64,000 bases of DNA from a virus. Its lineage: Duplodnaviria > Caudoviricetes. The DNA lies in IMG/VR virus record IMGVR_UViG_3300021255_000140, positions 1 through 64,000 of that record; one strand, written 5' to 3'. Made by a program: the position numbers and the translations under genes. The notes under the pieces are model-generated. The model did not search any database and was not told the DNA's origin. It worked only from the letters and a program-made list of their open reading frames with translations. This document shows, in pieces, positions 51,198 to 58,620 of the stretch; within the stretch, counting starts at the first letter, position 1; the number at the start of each line of letters is the position of its first letter.

Positions 51198-51375
51198 ATA
51201 TAATTGATGTTACGTTAAAGTTTGTTAGTGTTCGCAATGTCGGAAAGACATCGTTGGAAAATGGTTCCATTGCCATTATCTCACCAAAGCCTTGACTTCC
51301 GCCCCGTATACTTGCACTGAATACCTGATTCAGATTTACCTCTGGGTTACTTCTCCTAAGTTCAATCTGTTTCAT
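51184..51375 (-). CDS. TRD-like module 16
   Basis: MKQIELRR...FPTLRT...SIIYETK. Confidence 0.7.
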   Translation of the reverse strand: MKQIELRRSNPEVNLNQVFSASIRGGSQGFGEIMAMEPFSNDVFPTLRTLTNFNVTSIIYETK

Positions 51376-51498
51376 TTGCTATAATCAAAAAGAAATTATG
51401 TTGCCAACTTGATGTGGTCACTGCAGGACTTATGCCCTTTCGGTATTCAAATCCGTAGTTGAACCCTCTTGGATAAGCCTTGATGTAGATTAAGTCTC
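51362..51498 (-). CDS. TRD-like module 15 (no ATG at junction; start uncertain)
   Basis: IKAYPRGFNYG...GISPAVTTSSWQHNFFLIIANETD. Confidence 0.55.
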
Positions 51499-51660
51499 GG
51501 CTATTACCATAACTCCCATTTCGCGAAAGCCCTGCCTTGGTGCGATGATGTTGCCCGCATAGTGGTGGGCGGTTGTTAGTGTCACTGCACACCCGTCGAC
51601 ATCGGTGTTTATAAAGACAAACTGTTTCGTTCCTATCCATTTTTTCGTACTATTTTTCAT
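51490..51660 (-). CDS. TRD-like module 14
   Basis: MKNSTKKW...INTDVDGCAVTLTT...GVMVIAET. Confidence 0.7.
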   Translation of the reverse strand: MKNSTKKWIGTKQFVFINTDVDGCAVTLTTAHHYAGNIIAPRQGFREMGVMVIAET

Positions 51661-51838
51661 ATATTTCCGCGACCAAATTATCCTTATTTGTGAATGTCGT
51701 TATCGTTCCCATTATACGATCCCCAACTGTCATATATCTGCCTTGAAATGTTGCACCATCATCACCGTAAAGATGGCGGCGCAACCGCTCTTCGGAAGTC
51801 CTTATCCTGATTATACTTTTAGCATCAGTACACTTCAT
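51650..51838 (-). CDS. TRD-like module 13
   Basis: MKCTDAK...MGTITTFTNKDNLVAEIYEK. Confidence 0.7.
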   Translation of the reverse strand: MKCTDAKSIIRIRTSEERLRRHLYGDDGATFQGRYMTVGDRIMGTITTFTNKDNLVAEIYEK

Positions 51839-51983
51839 ATAATAAAGCAACTAAATAGTCCTTTTGTACGCTTGATATGGCATTACTGAATCTGTCTGAG
51901 TTCATTTCAAGCATCTGCCGATGCTCGGAGGTATACCATTCCCCCTTGCTTCTGCCTCGTGACGCACAACTAATCGCTCTCAT
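51825..51983 (-). CDS. TRD-like module 12
   Basis: MRAISCASRGR...SNAISSVQKDYLVALLYEVY. Confidence 0.7.
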   Translation of the reverse strand: MRAISCASRGRSKGEWYTSEHRQMLEMNSDRFSNAISSVQKDYLVALLYEVY

Positions 51984-52194
51984 CCGCATACACTATCCAG
52001 TATCTTCCCAACGTTTCACTTGCAGACAGTGTCGGTTGTACTCCCATAGCAGAATATATCCTATTCGGCTGGCTATGTGTTCTGCTGAGAAATAAACTGC
52101 AATTATCAAATCTCAGTTTACCATCAAAATAACCGACAAAGACCTCTCTCTCTGATCGCGTCAGAAAATCACCGAATATACTAATCGCTTTCAT
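51970..52194 (-). CDS. TRD-like module 11
   Basis: MKAISIF...SQPNRIYSAMGVQPTLSASE...IVYADESD. Confidence 0.7.
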   Translation of the reverse strand: MKAISIFGDFLTRSEREVFVGYFDGKLRFDNCSLFLSRTHSQPNRIYSAMGVQPTLSASETLGRYWIVYADESD

Positions 52195-52342
52195 ACACCA
52201 TCAAAATTTTCGTTTCAACACCGCTATGACAGCCAACGCACAAACATGGAGATATGCCTTTTTTATCATACACCAATCCATTCTGTTGGGAGTTATACAC
52301 AAAGCCCGCAACTATTGGGTGGATAGCATCAAACCGTTTCAT
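52181..52342 (-). CDS. TRD-like module 10
   Basis: MKRFDAI...QNGLVYDKKGISPCLCVG...KILMVYESD. Confidence 0.7.
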   Translation of the reverse strand: MKRFDAIHPIVAGFVYNSQQNGLVYDKKGISPCLCVGCHSGVETKILMVYESD

Positions 52343-52496
52343 AAGCTACTGTTATTTTGGGCTGCCTATGACCGCCGCCGCTACTACAGTCAAGGGTAGG
52401 AGAGATACCGTATTTATCGTATACCCTTCCAGCTTGTGAATTGCTCGGGCTGAAGTACAGATAACCTATCTGCCGAACTCTATCAAAACGTTTCAT
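52329..52496 (-). CDS. TRD-like module 9
   Basis: MKRFDRVRQIG...SQAGRVYDKYGISPTLDCSSGGGHRQPKITVAYETV. Confidence 0.7.
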   Translation of the reverse strand: MKRFDRVRQIGYLYFSPSNSQAGRVYDKYGISPTLDCSSGGGHRQPKITVAYETV

Positions 52497-52650
52497 ATAT
52501 CACGGCTATTTTGGGAGATGTATTCCATCCTCCGCCACTGAACGTAGTGATTGTATTTGAAATAGTTTTTTTGTGCCAGTTGTCAATCTCACCTTCGGCA
52601 TTTCTCGACCACCCGTAGTAATCTATTTTGCACAGTTTAATTCGTTTCAT
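52483..52650 (-). CDS. TRD-like module 8
   Basis: MKRIKL...GWSRN...ISNTITTFSGGGWNTSPKIAVIYETF. Confidence 0.7.
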   Translation of the reverse strand: MKRIKLCKIDYYGWSRNAEGEIDNWHKKTISNTITTFSGGGWNTSPKIAVIYETF

Positions 52651-52807
52651 GACAGCACGGAATTATAGGTTGAAGATTGCCACCTGCACTATAGTCTTTA
52701 ATAGTAGGGGCTATGCCACTGGTGTCATAAACTCTCCTTCTATTCGGATTAATTCTTTTTGCAGAGTCAGTAAGATTGCAGATTTGCTTGATGTTACTCT
52801 GTTTCAT
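52637..52807 (-). CDS. TRD-like module 7
   Basis: MKQSNIKQICNL...NPNRRRVYDTSGIAPTIKD..AGGNLQPIIPCCHETN. Confidence 0.7.
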   Translation of the reverse strand: MKQSNIKQICNLTDSAKRINPNRRRVYDTSGIAPTIKDYSAGGNLQPIIPCCHETN

Positions 52808-52951
52808 ATACTACAATCACACCAGTTGCTCCAAAACCATTTTTTTCTGGAAATTAATACGCCCCGTCTTGAAATAACTTGCCTTCAAAGTCCTGCATAT
52901 ACCATCAGACGCATCATTCAATGGTACAATACGTACTCTACTTAGTTTCAA
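52794..52951 (-). pseudogene. TRD-like module 6, frameshifted at A7 tract
   Basis: (TTG)KLSRVRIVPLNDASDGICRTLKASYFK...NFQKK / NGFGATGVIVVYETE; 158 nt = 3n-1; T7 at 52840-52846. Confidence 0.65.
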
Positions 52952-53109
52952 CTGCTTGCGTAATGAGTTTATTCCCATCATCGTATCTTGCTGTAATAGT
53001 TATATGAATACCTATATGGTATGCTTGGTTGTAACTATCCAGACATACCCCCACCCATAAATGGAACATTGCCGCTCTCAATAAGTCTTAATGCTCTTTC
53101 GCTTTTCAT
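52938..53109 (-). pseudogene. TRD-like module 5, frameshifted at G5 tract
   Basis: MKSERALRLIESGNVPFMGG / VCLDSYNQ...ITITARYD...TQAVETK; 172 nt = 3n+1; C5 at 53048-53052. Confidence 0.65.
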
Positions 53110-53113
53110 CTTA

Positions 53114-53299
53114 TTAAGTCTCGATAACTTGCGTTACGTAATAATGGTTATAATGGTCAATTCTCGTCGTTACTGTAACGAACACATCATCGCGAACTTG
53201 TTGATTATATAAGTCAATGCATTGTCCCCCATGTAGCGCAATCTTGCCACTTTCAATCAGTTGCGACATTCTTATTCCGCCACTCTTACCTTTTTTCAT
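53114..53299 (-). CDS. TRD-like module 4
   Basis: MKKGKSGG...LIESGK..HGGQCIDLYNQ...VTVTTRID...TQVIET. Confidence 0.7.
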   Translation of the reverse strand: MKKGKSGGIRMSQLIESGKIALHGGQCIDLYNQQVRDDVFVTVTTRIDHYNHYYVTQVIET

Positions 53300-53426
53300 A
53301 GATTTCAATCACTTTCTGCACTCTATCAGACATGGGGTTAGAAGGAATGGTAAACGCAACGTCCTTAATGCTGATGGAAGGTTTGTTTCTGTCGCCAACC
53401 AGTTCAAAAATCTTAAAACGTTTCAT
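53286..53426 (-). CDS. TRD-like module 3
   Basis: MKRFKIFELVGDR...VAFTIPSNPMSDRVQKVIEIYEKR. Confidence 0.7.
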   Translation of the reverse strand: MKRFKIFELVGDRNKPSISIKDVAFTIPSNPMSDRVQKVIEIYEKR

Positions 53427-53581
53427 ATACTACTCCAATAGACATTTTAGGGAAATGTGCGGTGCTTATCCAGTTCGCCGGCCATTGTGTTTCATACACT
53501 GCCGTAATCGTCGGAGATAAACCATCTGAGGTCGTCGGTAGTCCGATACGTCGGATGGGGGGTAAATCTATTCTGCCTCAT
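53413..53581 (-). pseudogene. TRD-like module 2, frameshifted at C6 tract
   Basis: MRQNRFTP / IRRIGLPTTSDGLSPTITAVYE...HFPKMSIGVVYETF; 169 nt = 3n+1; G6 at 53557-53562. Confidence 0.65.
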
Positions 53582-53732
53582 ATATATACATCCAACAGCC
53601 TTTCGGATAGTGCTTAAGAGTTATATAATCCTTTATTGCTGCGAACTCATACCTTGTATTCAATGTTGGAAAAACAGTGTCCTTGCAGACATTCTGAGGC
53701 TTAATTCTACTGAGCAATAAAGAAGTTTTCAA
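53568..53732 (-). CDS. TRD-like module 1
   Basis: (TTG)KTSLLL...QNVCKDTVFPTLNTRYE...HYPKGCWMYIYEAE. Confidence 0.7.
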   Translation of the reverse strand: MKTSLLLSRIKPQNVCKDTVFPTLNTRYEFAAIKDYITLKHYPKGCWMYIYEAE

Positions 53733-54498
53733 AATCCTCGTTTTTTTCTTCCGGAAGTTTATTCTTTTTGTCATCCTCTTCGAGACTTTTCCTGCAAAAT
53801 CTTGCAAGCATTTCGTCAGAAAGAAAATACCTCTCGTCAACGTCTTCTTCTAAACAATCGGCAAGGCAAAGTTCAAGTGGAAAAGGCTTTGGAAAATCAT
53901 AAGATGGATCTGGTTCGTCCAGTGTCCTCAATACAGACACGCAAAATACTCTTTCTCTGTTTTGCGGAACACCATAGTGTTTTGCATTGAGTATCTGCCA
54001 GAAATTTGCATATCCATACTTTTCAAGCAATTTCAGCCACTCGTTGAAATACGGCATGAATTTCTTTTGTGTCAGAGCCTTTACATTCTCCATGAGCAGA
54101 TATTTCGGGCGCTTGATGTCGATGGCTTTTTCACACTCCCAGAGTAGGCTCGACCTTGTCCCGCTACCTTTTGCCAGTCCTGCCTGACGTCCAGCATTGG
54201 AAACGCTTTGGCAGGGGAAAGAAAAAGTAAACAAATCGAAATCAGGCACATCCTGCCACATTATCTTAGTAATGTCTCCGTAATTCTTACTCCCGTCAGG
54301 GAACAATGCTCTATTTGCGATGACGGCAGGCTGATTGTCTATCTGCTGTTTGCTTTCAGGGTCAAATTCAGCCCATCCTACTCTCACAAAGTCAAAATTG
54401 GGATATGTTTCTTTGAGCCTTTTTAACGCTAATGCCTGGCTTGAATAGCCCGCAAAAGCTTCAAATACCCGTAATGGGTTCTTTTTATTGTATACCAT
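53707..54498 (-). CDS. C5-cytosine DNA methyltransferase, N-terminal catalytic part (motifs I-VIII)
   Basis: FEAFAGYSS (I), GDIT (III), SFPCQ (IV, catalytic Cys), MENV (VI), YGVPQNRERVF (VIII); stops before TRD and motifs IX-X. Confidence 0.92.
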   Translation of the reverse strand: MVYNKKNPLRVFEAFAGYSSQALALKRLKETYPNFDFVRVGWAEFDPESKQQIDNQPAVIANRALFPDGSKNYGDITKIMWQDVPDFDLFTFSFPCQSVSNAGRQAGLAKGSGTRSSLLWECEKAIDIKRPKYLLMENVKALTQKKFMPYFNEWLKLLEKYGYANFWQILNAKHYGVPQNRERVFCVSVLRTLDEPDPSYDFPKPFPLELCLADCLEEDVDERYFLSDEMLARFCRKSLEEDDKKNKLPEEKNEDFENFFIAQ

Positions 54499-54539
54499 TG
54501 TTTTATGTGTTACATTACTAAGATAATGATTCATTCTTG

Positions 54540-54707
54540 TGGTCCGGGGAAGCATCGAACTTCCCAATACCCTTTGACGGCGTAATCTTAAAGCTTGGAT
54601 GTGAGGGTACTATTTACGGGAGTCGAACCTAACGACCTCACTTGCTACCGAGACTATATCCGCACTTCAAGTTAATAGTACGATGCGCAATCCGTCCGTT
54701 TCGGACC
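54540..54707 (-). ncRNA. Nested tRNA-like structured RNA
   Basis: Outer GGTCCG/CGGACC-A acceptor with T arm GGAAG-TTCGATG-CTTCC; inner 75 nt unit 54607-54681 closed by GTACTATT/AATAGTAC containing AGGTCGTTAGGTTCGACTCC. Confidence 0.55.
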
Positions 54708-54850
54708 ATAAGAGCCGCACGCTGACTATGTCCTGCTTTCACTCCTCCCGTACATCAATTCCGGGACTTGGCTATGCGGCTCTCGCCGTCTTTCCGGCTG
54801 TCATGTTATGATGATAGAAAAAACGAAGGTTTTTTGCGATGTGCAAAGTG

Positions 54851-55198
54851 TTAAAATGGGGCATCTTCAGATTCTTCTCCTTTTGCACCAATAGGAGCCG
54901 CCGTTCTTTCGGGAATGTCCTGCTTGCTTTCTGCATGGATTACTCTATAGCAGGAAATTCTCGGGTACCATCTGTTATTGTATTCGTTTCCGTCAATATC
55001 AATGAATACTGTGAGTTTATCTCCAACACTGATGTTAAAGTTTTTAATTCTTTCCTCACCGAATACCTCAAACGGGACTTTCTTTGGATATTGTCCCTCC
55101 GTTTCCAAAACGAAAGTTTGTTTCACCCATGAGCTTCCTCTTTGTGACACACCGCTTTCAGCAGGCATCACGGAAATAATCTTACCTTTAATTTCCAT
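54851..55198 (-). CDS. DUF3127 OB-fold protein (putative SSB)
   Basis: MEIKGKII...G.S..G.W.KQ..VLET..QYPKKV.FEVFGE..I, acidic tail ending APF. Confidence 0.85.
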   Translation of the reverse strand: MEIKGKIISVMPAESGVSQRGSSWVKQTFVLETEGQYPKKVPFEVFGEERIKNFNISVGDKLTVFIDIDGNEYNNRWYPRISCYRVIHAESKQDIPERTAAPIGAKGEESEDAPF

Positions 55199-55219
55199 AT
55201 TTGTTATACTTTTTGTTTA

Positions 55220-56602
55220 TTATTTTCTATCCGACAGAATCGCGTCTACGAGTTCGTCAAAATATTTATCATCGCGGATTGCCTCATCGCGTTCTCCTGT
55301 AATACGCGATGCTACAGATTTCTTGTCCATAATCAATTTGAACAAGTATTCGTCGATTGTGTTGTTTCCAATCAATATCCATGAGTTAACGGCGTTTTTC
55401 TGGCCGTTCCTCCAACATCTCGCCTCGCACTGCGTTAGGTCGCTGTATGTCCAAGGCTGCTCTACGAACAATTCGTTTGATGATGCCGTAAGGGTTATTC
55501 CTACCCCCGCAGACCTTATGGAGCAGATTATAATTCTCCGTTTCCCGCTCTGGAAAGAGTCTATCGCCGCTTGCTTGGCCTGTGCGTTTTGACGTCCTGT
55601 TACGCAAACGGCATCCGGGAAAGCTTCTTTTATGGCGTCAACGATTTCGTGGTGTTCGCAGAACACCACAATAGGGTCTGGATTGTCATTCAGAAATTGT
55701 ATAGTTGCCTGTAGTTTTCCCTTTCCGGCAAGCGTTCTGAGATTCATGAATTTTACCAAAGCCTGAACACGCATTTTCTTCCTGACTTCTGGTTCAGAAA
55801 GTTTTTTGTATTCGGAAAGCCATGAACGCAGGTCATTCATGCATAAATCGTACTCACTTTGCACATCATCTGACAAATCCGTCACAATCTTTGAGCGTGT
55901 GAGGTCTGGCAAATCCTTTAAGACATCGCTTTTCTCACGTCTGAAATAACATGACTTGTGTATTGCCTCGTTTAACTCCTGAAGATTGCTCCCATCACCG
56001 TATGTGTTTATAAACTCAGAATATCCGCCGAACTCATGCATCCTTCCCAAAATTGCTATCTGTGCCGCAATATCTTTAGGGTCATTGACTATCGGAGTTC
56101 CCGTCAGTTCAAATATGTGTTCTTTTCCCTGACAGATACCCATAACATATCTCGCAGTAGCCGTAGATGGATTTTTACATCTGTGTGCCTCGTCAAGTAT
56201 AACGGACTTGAATTGCTTTATGACATCCTGAAAAACTATATCCCTTAGTTTCGCGCCTCTTTCAGCCTTGACAACGAAATATTTTTTTAACGATTCGTAA
56301 TTTGTGATGATTACATCGTACAAATTCATCTGTCCTATAAAATAAGGGAATGTTGACTTAACCGATTCAGTGAGTACAAGTGGGCGAAGATCCGTCCACA
56401 TTCTTGTTTCACGCTCCCAGTTTATTTTCAGCGCCGATGGGCATACTATCAGACAAGGTGTAGCCTTTGCTCTTTCAACGGCAATGATTGACTGCATAGT
56501 CTTTCCGAGACCGCATGCATCCCCGTTGATTACCCTCTTCATTGATAGCATCTGCTTTATGCCATCTTCTTGAAAACTATACGGTTTTTTATTCGTTGTC
56601 AT
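55220..56602 (-). CDS. SNF2-family (HARP-like) helicase
   Basis: DACGLGKT, ILDEAH, LTGTP, GVGITL, QCEARCWRNGQ. Confidence 0.9.
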   Translation of the reverse strand: MTTNKKPYSFQEDGIKQMLSMKRVINGDACGLGKTMQSIIAVERAKATPCLIVCPSALKINWERETRMWTDLRPLVLTESVKSTFPYFIGQMNLYDVIITNYESLKKYFVVKAERGAKLRDIVFQDVIKQFKSVILDEAHRCKNPSTATARYVMGICQGKEHIFELTGTPIVNDPKDIAAQIAILGRMHEFGGYSEFINTYGDGSNLQELNEAIHKSCYFRREKSDVLKDLPDLTRSKIVTDLSDDVQSEYDLCMNDLRSWLSEYKKLSEPEVRKKMRVQALVKFMNLRTLAGKGKLQATIQFLNDNPDPIVVFCEHHEIVDAIKEAFPDAVCVTGRQNAQAKQAAIDSFQSGKRRIIICSIRSAGVGITLTASSNELFVEQPWTYSDLTQCEARCWRNGQKNAVNSWILIGNNTIDEYLFKLIMDKKSVASRITGERDEAIRDDKYFDELVDAILSDRK

Positions 56603-57246
56603 ATAAACAAATACATCTTGAATGCAAGTTCTTCGTACTTTTCGCGCCCTCTGGTGTAAATATCGTCCCCGCGGATTATCTTTTTGAAAAAGACGTTTTT
56701 CGTCGTCTTAGATACTGCATATATGAAATCTTGATCCGCGCCTGTTATGTCCATATACCATGCTCTTGAGCGGTCCCAATCGACCCAATCTATTTGAGCG
56801 ACAAACTGCTCGTATGTCGTAGCCGATGTGGTTTTCAAGTCTCCGCCGAAAGTACCAAGCCACCAGTCATACCGGCAACGCACAGGCAAGTTGAAATCAT
56901 AGCAACCAACATTAAAGTGTTGAGATGCTTTGATAAACGACTTTTGCGTTTCCGCATTTTTGAGTACATAATCAAGAAAAGGGTCACGTTCGGCAGCTTT
57001 TCTCAGTTTACCGAGCTGTTTCTTTCCCCAGTCCCATTCTTCTCGCGTGTATTTTTCCTCGTCGACGATGCGCCTGAAATGATTGCATTTCTTCGGTTCA
57101 GTGACAAGAGCATCAACGAGCGTCCCAAGATGGAACGCCCGTTTCAGATCTTTTTCGCAGACAAGATTCAACTGTGGATGTAATTTGTACTTAAGAGCCG
57201 TCAAATCAGAGTTAGACACCTCTTTCCTGGAATAATAATCATCCAT
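56599..57246 (-). CDS. PD-(D/E)XK exonuclease (RecE/DUF3799-like)
   Basis: YY....VSNSDL, GTLVDAL, RCRYDW...DLKTT; near RecT. Confidence 0.8.
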   Translation of the reverse strand: MDDYYSRKEVSNSDLTALKYKLHPQLNLVCEKDLKRAFHLGTLVDALVTEPKKCNHFRRIVDEEKYTREEWDWGKKQLGKLRKAAERDPFLDYVLKNAETQKSFIKASQHFNVGCYDFNLPVRCRYDWWLGTFGGDLKTTSATTYEQFVAQIDWVDWDRSRAWYMDITGADQDFIYAVSKTTKNVFFKKIIRGDDIYTRGREKYEELAFKMYLFI

Positions 57247-58616
57247 TATTTTGCAACAACATCTTCGACATACCGTATATTTTCATCGATTATCGAAATA
57301 TCTTCCTTGTTCTTTAGTTTCTCGCAAGTTTTCACCATGAACCCCAACTTCTTTTCAAGACTTTCCAGTGTCATTGTGGCTCCTTCATGCGTCCACCACA
57401 TCTGTATAATAGCGAGATAACCATTCGGGCTGTCTATCTCAATATGTTGCGTTACTTTTACCTTGTTGGGAGTTGAATTTGCAGGTGTTACGTCAAACAA
57501 AGTTCTTGCTTCTCTTTGAGCTTTCCTTATACGCTCTTCATCGGCACGGCGCTGCTGTTCGTCTAACGCTTTTCTTTCGCGCTCTCTTTGAGCTTCTTCC
57601 TCGGCGGCCTTCAGTTCAGCTTCACGCAGAAGACGCTCCTCTTCTGCTTTCTTCATTTCAATCTCTTTGCGTTTCCGTTCTTCCTCGGCGGCCTTCAGTT
57701 CAGCTTCACGCAGAAGACGCTCCTCTTCGTCCTTTGCCTTTCGCAGTTCTTCTTCTTTGCGTTTCCGTTCTTCCTCGGCACGTTTGGCTTCTTCCTCTTT
57801 TCTCTTTCTTTCCTCTTCAAGTTTTTTCTGCTCTTCAAGTTCTGATATTTTTGAGTCAAAGAGGTCCATTATGTCCCGCTTCACGTTAGAAACACAATTC
57901 GAATAGGATTCCAGAAGTTCCGCAGATACTTCCTTATATGCATCATTCATTATCTTGCGGGCTTCGCTTTCTTCTATCTCATGTGAGAATGACGGTTTCC
58001 TATCTGCAAGATAGTCTGAAAGTTTTATTTTGTCCGGATATTCCGAGATGGCAGTCTTGACTTTTTGTACGTTGTCAAGAGTCAGAAGGCTAAATGTTCT
58101 GTTCAGTTCACTAACAGCTCCATTTATTTTTTCTGTAACGATTTGATTGCAGATTGATATAACTTCATCGTGCAATTGGTTTTTTGCTGCTTCTATTCTC
58201 GCTATCCTAATTCGCTCTTCTTCGGCTTTCCTCTGCTGTTCAAGTTTATACGCTGCGTATTCATCGCGCCTTTTCTGAAGTTTGTACACAATGCTCTCCT
58301 CTGACTTCGGGTCTATAAGAGTCTCCATTGTGGTAAAACCTTTTTTTACCAAGTCAAACACCTGTGTTACAGCACTGCGCCTTTCCTTCATAGCCTTCTG
58401 CGTTGCTTTTGCTTTTATGATGAAACTGGCTATTTGTGCATCCAGTTCGTCATTCATGTCATCAGCAAGCGACAAAAGGGTTTCTCCCGCGTTAATGCAA
58501 TTCTGCAGGGACTTATTGTTTTCGGATATGGCGTTAGTAATGTCCGTCTTGATAGAAGCGACGTTCTTAGTCACCTCTGCGGACTGTTTCATGATAATCT
58601 GTATTTTGTCTTCCAT
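57246..58616 (-). CDS. Long coiled-coil protein with internal repeat expansion
   Basis: MEDKIQII...; EEERKRKE / EEERLLREAELKAAEEE repeats. Confidence 0.75.
   Translation of the reverse strand: MEDKIQIIMKQSAEVTKNVASIKTDITNAISENNKSLQNCINAGETLLSLADDMNDELDAQIASFIIKAKATQKAMKERRSAVTQVFDLVKKGFTTMETLIDPKSEESIVYKLQKRRDEYAAYKLEQQRKAEEERIRIARIEAAKNQLHDEVISICNQIVTEKINGAVSELNRTFSLLTLDNVQKVKTAISEYPDKIKLSDYLADRKPSFSHEIEESEARKIMNDAYKEVSAELLESYSNCVSNVKRDIMDLFDSKISELEEQKKLEEERKRKEEEAKRAEEERKRKEEELRKAKDEEERLLREAELKAAEEERKRKEIEMKKAEEERLLREAELKAAEEEAQRERERKALDEQQRRADEERIRKAQREARTLFDVTPANSTPNKVKVTQHIEIDSPNGYLAIIQMWWTHEGATMTLESLEKKLGFMVKTCEKLKNKEDISIIDENIRYVEDVVAK
57594..57728. repeat. Exact 51-bp direct repeat, 84-bp period
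   Basis: TTCTTCCTCGGCGGCCTTCAG...GCTCCTCTTC at 57594-57644 and 57678-57728. Confidence 0.85.
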
Positions 58617-58620
58617 AAAT

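Noticed and set aside
50640-54498. Simple pseudogene of one long methyltransferase
   Set aside because: Breaks fall precisely at module ends with constant 14-nt overlaps and new start codons, and the catalytic motifs are intact.
50640-54498. Stop-codon reassignment explaining the fragmentation
   Set aside because: Modules end in TAA, TAG and TGA and change frame; long genes elsewhere are intact in code 11.
50640-54498. Diversity-generating retroelement or invertible shufflon
   Set aside because: No reverse transcriptase, no template/variable repeat pair, and all modules are on one strand without inverted repeats.
44839-54707. Functional decoding tRNA genes
   Set aside because: All three elements lack a canonical 7-nt anticodon loop or D arm, so they are reported as tRNA-like only.
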